This document shows positions 1 to 6,380 of a DNA stretch of 12,997 nucleotides, piece after piece; position 1 is the first letter of the stretch; the number at the start of each line of letters is the position of its first letter. Position numbers and translations under genes: made by a program. Source of the stretch: Elusimicrobiota bacterium (GTDB lineage Bacteria; CG03; SLGR01; JBDRKX01); NCBI GenBank assembly GCA_043813605.1, contig JBDRKX010000110.1, forward strand, positions 1-12,997, given 5' to 3'. Under the pieces are notes generated by a model. The model was not told the DNA's origin, did no database searches, and was given only the letters and a program-made list of their open reading frames with translations.

Positions 1-69
1 GTCTACAAGAGTTTTCGCGGAATAACCTACAGATACAACCCCAAAACCGGTAAAATCTCCGCCAAATAA
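1..69 (+). CDS. Possible 3' end of an upstream gene (VYKSFRGITYRYNPKTGKISAK*), pilin/secreted-protein-like C-terminus; may instead be non-coding leader
   Basis: Frame +1 is open from base 1 to TAA at 67-69. YxYNPxTGxI resembles C-termini of pilin-like proteins. Only 22 codons are visible, so it could be chance. Confidence 0.35.
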   Translation, partial: VYKSFRGITYRYNPKTGKISAK

Positions 70-79
70 CTCTATTTCG

Positions 80-92
80 TTGTCAAAGATCA
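80..92 (-). promoter_or_regulatory. boxA-like (NusB/NusE) antitermination element
   Basis: The minus strand reads TGATCTTTGACAA, close to the boxA consensus (E. coli TGCTCTTTAACA; GTTCTTTGAAAA-type variants), within an AT-rich intergenic region. Confidence 0.4.
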
Positions 93-293
93 GAATTTAT
101 CCGTTTGTCTCCAAACTTTGAAATTCCGTTACAATAAATTACCTTTATAAACTTATCCATTAGGAGACATCTTCTTTTTATGTCTGAGCGCGCATAACAA
201 CTCATATGTCTTCACTTTTAACTCTTACTACAGACATATCTATGTTTATATTTTCTAGTGACATTTTTCTGTGATATTTTACTATAGAAATTT

Positions 294-321
294 TGTAAGA
301 TTTTTTTCCGGCCGACATCTA
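294..321 (+). promoter_or_regulatory. Candidate ECF-sigma promoter (TGTAAG-N16-CATCTA)
   Basis: TGTAAG at 294-299, then a T-tract, a 16-nt spacer and CATCTA at 316-321. Architecture resembles SigX/SigW-type promoters (TGtAAC-N16-CGwC/CGTA). It lies about 56 nt upstream of the ATG of a cluster that encodes an ECF sigma. Confidence 0.4.
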
Positions 322-377
322 ATTAGATGGAAGGTTTAAATGATGAAAAAGAGAACAGAAAAAAAGGAGGAAAGACG

Positions 378-1322
378 ATGAAAAGAACGGGATTATTTTT
401 AATTGTTCTGGCACTTTGCGGTTTTACAGGCGGTTCCCTGGCGGTTGCGGGAGACTTCTCTGAAGAGAGAAACGAATACCGTGAAGAGATCAACGAGACC
501 ACTGGCAATGAGAACAGGCAGACAGAAGACACCGGAGAATCAATAGGTGAAGATTCTGAAGAAGGCAAGACACTTACTGATGTCAACGGCTACAGGGTAA
601 GGGTTGAAAAATACTTTTCCCGGCCGGCCGACAACCAGGTAAAGACCACCATACTCAATACGCGTGAGGAGCTTGATAATCGTGTTGACCGGAGTGTATG
701 GACGGGAACCTTCAACCAGGATCTTCCCGAAGACCTCAGGGGCATAGCGCGTACTATGTGGGGATCTACCCGCAGAAGGCCCGGAAAACCCGACTATTAC
801 CTGACAAATACCGAGAGGATATCAACATGCGGTGAGAATTCCCTGGAAGTCACACGTGACGACGGCTGGCTCTTTAAAAGAGCGGACATAGGAGAAGGTC
901 TCTATATAGTACTATTCAATGAAGAAAAATTATCCGCAAACGATATGGAGAAACTGCAGCATATAAGATACGCATATGATAAGGACAGCAATATCCCGGG
1001 AGTGATCGAACGCTACTTTCCGAACGAAGACAGTATTCTTACTTCCGTATGGGTAGACCCGAGCGTCCGTCCTGATTATGAGATCAGCATAGGCGGCAGT
1101 GAACTTTACGATAAAGTAAAATTAACGTTTGCTGACGGGACCTTCCTGACAAAATCCCGTTATGTTATAAACGATGAAGGCGATATACTTGCGCGGGGAA
1201 CACGGCGCGGAACAGGTAACCTGGAAGTGATATGTGAAGCTACCGAATTCAACGGAGAGACAATCGACATAGTTGTAACTCCGGGACCGGGGCAGGAAGA
1301 AGACTTAGATATCGAGAACTGA
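378..1322 (+). CDS. Secreted hypothetical protein, 314 aa, acidic N-terminal region
   Basis: AGGAGG at 365-370 precedes ATG 378 (better than the ORF-track start at 327). Sec signal MKRTGLFLIVLALCGFTGGSLAVA is followed by an E/D/N/T-rich segment and a beta-rich body. A terminator follows the stop. Confidence 0.85.
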   Translation: MKRTGLFLIVLALCGFTGGSLAVAGDFSEERNEYREEINETTGNENRQTEDTGESIGEDSEEGKTLTDVNGYRVRVEKYFSRPADNQVKTTILNTREELDNRVDRSVWTGTFNQDLPEDLRGIARTMWGSTRRRPGKPDYYLTNTERISTCGENSLEVTRDDGWLFKRADIGEGLYIVLFNEEKLSANDMEKLQHIRYAYDKDSNIPGVIERYFPNEDSILTSVWVDPSVRPDYEISIGGSELYDKVKLTFADGTFLTKSRYVINDEGDILARGTRRGTGNLEVICEATEFNGETIDIVVTPGPGQEEDLDIEN

Positions 1323-1357
1323 CAGTCAGTACCATCTGCTGCTGATCATATATAACA

Positions 1358-1394
1358 GGGGATAAGGCATGAAAGCCTTATCCCCCTTCTTTTA
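1358..1394 (+). terminator. Rho-independent terminator
   Basis: Perfect 11-bp stem GGGGATAAGGC (1358-1368) / GCCTTATCCCC (1375-1385), 6-nt loop ATGAAA, followed by CTTCTTTTA; starts 35 nt after the TGA. Confidence 0.85.
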
Positions 1395-1495
1395 TTAGTT
1401 AATATCTTTATAATGAACGGCTGAAAAGATACTTTACATTTATTTGTTTTTAATATAAATTATTATCAAAATAGACTGGGAAAAGGAGTTTATCA

Positions 1496-2728
1496 ATGAA
1501 AAAAACGAGACAATTTCTGCTGATAATACTTTTAACTATTGTATTATTCCCTGCAGAGATCCCGGCCGGAGTAAGGATCCTCCCCCTGCTTAATATGGAT
1601 ATATCCGGAGGCAACTCCTTTTTTGAAGGAGAAGCCAGTTCATTTGCCGGTAATCTGCACATGGACTTCGTTCCGGTGATCCGTTTCAATCAACGCACTT
1701 CCCTGCTTCCTAAATATACCGGCATATATACCGGAACATCTGTAGCTATGGACATAGAAGACGAAGATTATCTTTACCAGCAGTCACAGGATCATTCAGG
1801 TTCACTTAAACTGATACACAAGCTCTCTGACAGATTGAAGCTGAAGCTTTCCGGCGGATATATAACCGAACTGCTCAGAGAGACAAAAGATGAATCATGG
1901 GGAGAAGGACTGTATGATTATGACAGTACTTACGGTGAGTTGGAGTTTGAAGAACGGTTTCAGACCAGCCTGCCTTTCATAATAAAAGCAGGGTACAGGT
2001 ATTATACTATGCGGTTTCCAAACTACGAATCACTGGCAAGCGAAGAAGATATGGAACTTATCGGTAAGAATATATTTGATACGGATAACAGCAGTTTCTT
2101 CCTGAAAAGCGATATCTTTCTTCCGCTTGATGTTCATAACCGCTGGGAATACAGTTATAACCGTTCCAAATACCTTGATCAGAAACTGGTCACTGATGCA
2201 GGAGACTATTCAGAAGAAAAGAGACTGAACCAGACGCATAAACTCAAATGCACCCTATATTATACTCTTCCTGAAAGCAATTCATGGAGGGCAAGGCGCG
2301 CAGGACACAAGACATACCTCAGGCTGTTTCTAAGCTGGAAACAGCGTATCTCCAATCAGAACCATTTCAATACCGATGTCCTTACTTTTATCTCTGATTA
2401 TTACAGTTACACAAAACTCGGGATCGGACCTTCTGTTACTGTTAAATTTGTTCCAAGCAACATAAAATTCTATCTCGGCTACGAATATTCCCGTAAACAG
2501 TATAAAGAACGGCCGGTGCAGGACGAAGACGGTTATTATGAAGACGATAAATTCTTTTCTGACACCAGCATAATCAGCCTTGGAATATACTATCCGCTGA
2601 CAAAAAGCCTGACTCTTAATCTATCGGGTAACTACAGTGACGTCAGGTCAAATACCGAATACGAAGCTTATTATTCATATAACTATTCTTCTGCCAACTA
2701 TCTTCTGGGGGTGTCCTATGAATATTAA
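1496..2728 (+). CDS. Outer-membrane beta-barrel protein (hypothetical), 410 aa
   Basis: AAGGAG RBS at 1483-1488 and a Sec signal peptide. Many Tyr/Gly-rich alternating amphipathic strands (IKAGYRYY, FYLGYEYSRKQY, ISLGIYY, LNLSGNYSD). C-terminal BAM beta-signal-like end YLLGVSYEY with terminal aromatic residue. Confidence 0.8.
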   Translation: MKKTRQFLLIILLTIVLFPAEIPAGVRILPLLNMDISGGNSFFEGEASSFAGNLHMDFVPVIRFNQRTSLLPKYTGIYTGTSVAMDIEDEDYLYQQSQDHSGSLKLIHKLSDRLKLKLSGGYITELLRETKDESWGEGLYDYDSTYGELEFEERFQTSLPFIIKAGYRYYTMRFPNYESLASEEDMELIGKNIFDTDNSSFFLKSDIFLPLDVHNRWEYSYNRSKYLDQKLVTDAGDYSEEKRLNQTHKLKCTLYYTLPESNSWRARRAGHKTYLRLFLSWKQRISNQNHFNTDVLTFISDYYSYTKLGIGPSVTVKFVPSNIKFYLGYEYSRKQYKERPVQDEDGYYEDDKFFSDTSIISLGIYYPLTKSLTLNLSGNYSDVRSNTEYEAYYSYNYSSANYLLGVSYEY

Positions 2729-3725
2729 GAGATTCTTTTTCATTACATGCATAATCCTGGCGGCAATACATCCGCTTCTTGTTGCCGAAGATATCATAAC
2801 CATAGTCAAACCTGATTTCACGACCACCGACAGGAATATGATAACTATAGAAGGAAAAACCGAACTGCCGTTTGTGAAAAACCTGGACTTGACTGTGGAA
2901 CCTTTTCTTTCCAAACAGGACAGGACCGCCTATGCAGGATCCATAAGTGTAATTGACGGCTATTTCAAGGAAAAAGTGAGACTCCAGCCGGGACTCAACC
3001 TTATTAAAGTCGCATCCATCAGCGGCAAACATAGAGTCGTCAGGCCGGTATTTCTTATATCTCCCGAAGAACCTTCTCTTTCAAAATCCCTGAAAAGCTG
3101 GAGCTCCGAATCACCTGTTATTTTCATATATCCCCGCGAACTGATCCTCAACAACCCTGAAATAACTGTTAAGGGAGTAGTCTCTGATCCATCCCTGGCA
3201 AGCATAGAAGCTGTTATACTGGATACAATTGATTTCCTTGGTGAACCTCAGCCTTCCGGCAGTAATATTATCGATTACCGGAAAGTCGACATCAAAGACA
3301 TGCAGTTCTCTTTTCCGGCCGTGCTCAGGGACGGTTTAAATATAATCGTAGCCAAACCTTCTAATACCGGTGTCACTGAACCGGGTATCCAGATCAAAAC
3401 TGTGATATATGAAAAAACGAGCAGCGTTATTTCGCTCAATGATCCGGTAATATCAGACGGGAAACTGCAGATATCCGGTAAATCCGGACCGCCGGTACAG
3501 AAAGGCCTTAAGTTAACCATTGATGCGCTTGTCGAAGAAAACGATCAACCCGGCAGAATAATTCTTAAACGGATAGAATCGCAGGACATCATTACGGATA
3601 ATGACGGTACTTTTTTATTAACAGCGGACATATCCGGCAGCGGATATACAATCAAGTCACCACCGCTGGTCACAGTCGGCACGAAAAAATCGGCTGCTAC
3701 GAAAACGATCATAAAGTGGCAGTAG
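2718..3725 (+). CDS. Secreted protein with about 3 Ig-like (glucodextranase-B/Big-like) domains, 335 aa
   Basis: ATG 2718 after GGGGG overlaps the barrel stop by 11 nt. Signal MNIKRFFFITCIILAAIHPLLVA. Repeated pattern ITIEGKT...DGYFKEKVRLQPGLNLIKV / ITVKGVV...DMQFSFPAVLRDGLNIIVA / LQISGKS...DNDGTFLL. Confidence 0.75.
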   Translation: MNIKRFFFITCIILAAIHPLLVAEDIITIVKPDFTTTDRNMITIEGKTELPFVKNLDLTVEPFLSKQDRTAYAGSISVIDGYFKEKVRLQPGLNLIKVASISGKHRVVRPVFLISPEEPSLSKSLKSWSSESPVIFIYPRELILNNPEITVKGVVSDPSLASIEAVILDTIDFLGEPQPSGSNIIDYRKVDIKDMQFSFPAVLRDGLNIIVAKPSNTGVTEPGIQIKTVIYEKTSSVISLNDPVISDGKLQISGKSGPPVQKGLKLTIDALVEENDQPGRIILKRIESQDIITDNDGTFLLTADISGSGYTIKSPPLVTVGTKKSAATKTIIKWQ

Positions 3726-3746
3726 CCGGGCTGGGACAGATCCTCC

Positions 3747-4319
3747 ATGCCTAGTACTGACAGGAAAATACCTCCTTTCGAAAACATATACCTTGAGTAC
3801 AGGGAACGGATATTCGCCCTTTCATACCGAATACTCGGCAGTCAGCAGGAAGCTGAAGACATAACCCAGGAGGTCTTTCTACTGGCATACAGAAAGTATT
3901 CTTCATTCCGTCATGAATCAAGTGTTTATTCATGGCTCTACAAGATAGGTATGAACCGCTGCCTGGAAAAGATAAGAAGCCGCAGAAGACGGCAAAGATG
4001 GTCGTCGGGAAAACTGCTCTCAATAGACAGCAGTATACCCGGTAAAGAAGGTACCCTGATGTCTCAGCAGCTGCCGGACGAAGACCTCGCCGATCCCCTG
4101 GACAGGATCAGTGAAGACCAGACGCGCGATAAAATCACTTTTGCAATAGAATCCCTTTCTGAGAAATACAGACGCATTATAATATTACGGGAAATAGAGA
4201 ATATGTCTTATGATGAAATATCTTCGATACTCGGTATCTCGATAGATGCAATAGGTGTACAACTGATACGTGCACGCAATAAACTCAAGAAACTTCTTAA
4301 ATCAAGCGATCTTCTTTGA
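3747..4319 (+). CDS. RNA polymerase ECF-family sigma-70 factor (RpoE/SigW-like), 190 aa
   Basis: Region 2: YRERIFALSYRILGSQQEAEDITQEVFLLAY...SWLYKIGMNRCLEKIR. Region 4: LSEKYRRIIILREIENMSYDEISSILGIS...LIRARNKLKK. Confidence 0.95.
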   Translation: MPSTDRKIPPFENIYLEYRERIFALSYRILGSQQEAEDITQEVFLLAYRKYSSFRHESSVYSWLYKIGMNRCLEKIRSRRRRQRWSSGKLLSIDSSIPGKEGTLMSQQLPDEDLADPLDRISEDQTRDKITFAIESLSEKYRRIIILREIENMSYDEISSILGISIDAIGVQLIRARNKLKKLLKSSDLL

Positions 4320-4333
4320 GATGAGTATCTCCT

Positions 4334-6046
4334 CTACTGGAGATGGTTTGACACCAGGTCAGTAGTATCAGTGTCGGGGCCGAATGTCCTTATACCTATA
4401 TGCAGTGTTTCACCCGCTTCATTCTGTATATGTGTCACTATACTGTCCGGAAGCTTATGATCCGATGTATAGTCTATATCACAGGATATTACAAGACCAT
4501 CGGCATTAGACTGCCTATAGACCAGCCTGTTATTTTCATCATACTTTGATGTGTTTTCTTCAATATCAGCATCATCAGAAGAAGAATATTTGCCGGGACT
4601 GTCATCTATTCCGGATTTTTCCGGATCTGCAAAAGCTGTTTCCCCTTCAATAGAAGGCATTATGTGAGAAATTACGCGGTTTTCGATATCATGCAGTTTG
4701 ACCGTATCATCTTCATGCGGGAACGCGGTCATCATATTATATCTGTCAGTTATCACGGTATCTTCAGAGAGTTCGTTTGGTGAATCCGCTACTCCGGTAA
4801 TATGGCTGTCCTGAATATCCATGTCTTCTGCAGTTTTCGTCGGATCTCCTGACTCGTTATACATCGTTACCCTGCTGCCGATAATGTTCCCGCCGGAATC
4901 CCTTACATATACGATCTTACGGCTCAATTCGCGGGAACTGCCCTGATATTCAAAATCCGCAGCCGTGTCACCCTGAGCGTTCTTGATTCTTATTACACGT
5001 CCGTCCTTATCATGCTCCCCGCAACCCAGGTATTCGGATGTCTGGGGGTCATAATACATTGTCAGCTGCGATCCTGTAGCCGGATTTGTCACAGTCTTCT
5101 GAAGAAGACGGCCTTCGGAATCGGCCACTATTACTTCGTCTTTATAGAAATAGACCGTGTCACCAGTCTTGTTATTTATTATTGAAGACACCTGATCGTT
5201 ACCGTTCTGGTAATTGTAAGTAAAAGTGACCCTTTCCCCTTCTACGTTCTTTTCCACTTTTGTTATACGGCCGTCCGTATCAAAATATGTAACATCCCCG
5301 GATACCGGATCTATGCTCATCTGCTGGCGCTCCATGTCCGCAGAATCGATAGAAGATTCAGGTAGACTCTTCTTACTGAAATCCACACCGGATACTTTGC
5401 TGCCCTGGTATTCAATATTGTAATTCCCGATCACTTCTTCACTGTTAATACTGAAAATATTGCCCAAGTTATCCATTTCAGCAAAAACATCCCCGTCCAT
5501 ATCGGAAATATTGCCTTTATTATCGCATTGCGCAATTACATGTTTACCTGCAAACACGTTTCCCTTACTGTCTACATTGAATACCAGTCCGCCTATATTA
5601 AGAGTCTTGACCACTATCGCATCCTGTGATACCGGCTCAGGAGACACAGGCGATGCATTCGCGGACTCATTCTTGTCTATACTGTCCGTATCCGCCCTGT
5701 ATGAACCCACATTGATGCCGTCAGCCATAATATTTCCATTTCCGTCACTGAAGCCGATCTTGTGCCCGTCAGTATCAATGACATTTCCCCCACTGTCATA
5801 AACGGCAACTACTTCTCCTGTTGTATCAGTGATCTTTCCACCGCCTCTGGGTGTAAACAGTTCTGCTGTGAAAGCTCTGTCTTCCAATCTCGGTAAGTCT
5901 ATAGGATGGATTACTTCCGCAATAAGCGGCCTGTACGCATATACATACGGAGTCAGACAGAAGAAGGCAAAGAATTGTAATGAAACCAGTGAAATCAAGC
6001 ATCTTTTCACCAGAAATCCCGGGTATTTTTTAGTATAAATCTTCAT
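4334..6046 (-). CDS. Secreted acidic repeat protein: DxxGN beta-hairpin repeats plus YD/RHS-like repeats, about 570 aa
   Basis: Long ORF. The start is probably ATG 6046 or GTG 6010 (giving MKRCLISLVSLQFFAFFCLTPYVYA, a Sec signal) rather than 6160. Repeats include DSGGNVIDTDG and DNKGNISDMDG; YD-like units include YFDTDGRITKV, HDKDGRVIRI, YNESGDPTK and YDENNRLV. Confidence 0.8.
   Translation of the reverse strand: MKIYTKKYPGFLVKRCLISLVSLQFFAFFCLTPYVYAYRPLIAEVIHPIDLPRLEDRAFTAELFTPRGGGKITDTTGEVVAVYDSGGNVIDTDGHKIGFSDGNGNIMADGINVGSYRADTDSIDKNESANASPVSPEPVSQDAIVVKTLNIGGLVFNVDSKGNVFAGKHVIAQCDNKGNISDMDGDVFAEMDNLGNIFSINSEEVIGNYNIEYQGSKVSGVDFSKKSLPESSIDSADMERQQMSIDPVSGDVTYFDTDGRITKVEKNVEGERVTFTYNYQNGNDQVSSIINNKTGDTVYFYKDEVIVADSEGRLLQKTVTNPATGSQLTMYYDPQTSEYLGCGEHDKDGRVIRIKNAQGDTAADFEYQGSSRELSRKIVYVRDSGGNIIGSRVTMYNESGDPTKTAEDMDIQDSHITGVADSPNELSEDTVITDRYNMMTAFPHEDDTVKLHDIENRVISHIMPSIEGETAFADPEKSGIDDSPGKYSSSDDADIEENTSKYDENNRLVYRQSNADGLVISCDIDYTSDHKLPDSIVTHIQNEAGETLHIGIRTFGPDTDTTDLVSNHLQ
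5420..5845 (-). repeat. Two blocks of ~16-17-aa protein repeats (DxxGN[VI]xDxxGxx[IV][GA])
   Basis: Block 1: GGKITDTTGEVVAVY/DSGGNVIDTDGHKIGFS/DGNGNIMADGINVGSY. Block 2: DSKGNVFAGKHVIAQC/DNKGNISDMDGDVFAEM/DNLGNIFSINSEEVIGNY. The blocks are separated by an S/P-rich linker. Confidence 0.7.
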
Positions 6047-6073
6047 GATTTCTATAATAATGTACCGAATATT

Positions 6074-6157
6074 TGTGAAATAATCATGACCCCTATGTGA
6101 AATATAAGTAAAATATTTTATATTTTGCCGACAATAGCGTGAATTATATGTAAAAAA
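6074..6157. repeat. Helically phased direct repeats TGTGAAATA (candidate operator)
   Basis: Exact copies at 6074 and 6096; 7/9 matches at 6107 (AGTAAAATA), 6138 (CGTGAATTA) and 6149 (TGTAAAAAA). Confidence 0.35.
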
Positions 6158-6321
6158 CATACCATAATTACGGAATGTTCACAGAAATATTACCGATAGA
6201 ATGTAAATCTGCACTTCTATATAGTGAAGGTCTTTCTATAAATATACCCTGTTTTCCGGGTTTTTCCGGGGTCTGCCTGTTGCGGGGCATATGACTTGCT
6301 AATAATTCCTGTCAGGCGTCA

Positions 6322-6350
6322 TTGTTATAGCATTGATAATTTAGTATAAT
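6322..6350 (+). promoter_or_regulatory. sigma70-type promoter for the lnt-like gene
   Basis: TTGTTA (6322-6327), 17-nt spacer, TATAAT (6345-6350), 30 nt upstream of ATG 6381. Confidence 0.55.
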
Positions 6351-6380
6351 TGTTTTTCAAGTTCATATTTTCATCATCTA

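Noticed and set aside
1..12. Minus-strand ACTCTTGTAGA matches the 3' part of a Cas12a direct repeat
   Set aside because: The TTTCT 5' stem arm is absent, there is a single copy, and no cas gene is in the window, so no CRISPR call can be made.
327..377. ORF-track start at 327 for the first gene (similarly 2637 and 6160 for other genes)
   Set aside because: Downstream starts (378 with AGGAGG, 2718, 6046/6010) put signal peptides at the N-terminus. The extensions run through promoter DNA or the upstream gene.
378..425. Possible lipobox LALC in the first protein, tempting given the nearby lnt
   Set aside because: The -1 residue is Leu, not G/A/S. An AVA signal peptidase I site follows and fits better.
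4321..4365. ATG immediately after the sigma stop as a possible anti-sigma remnant
   Set aside because: Only 14 codons, no HxxxCxxC or TM segment, and antisense to a real gene.
4334..6046. RHS polymorphic toxin
   Set aside because: No RHS core PxxxxDPxG motif, too few YD units, no toxin tip and no immunity gene.
6252..6270. Tandem TTTTCCGGG x2
   Set aside because: Only two short copies, and CCGG is common throughout the window; no function can be inferred.
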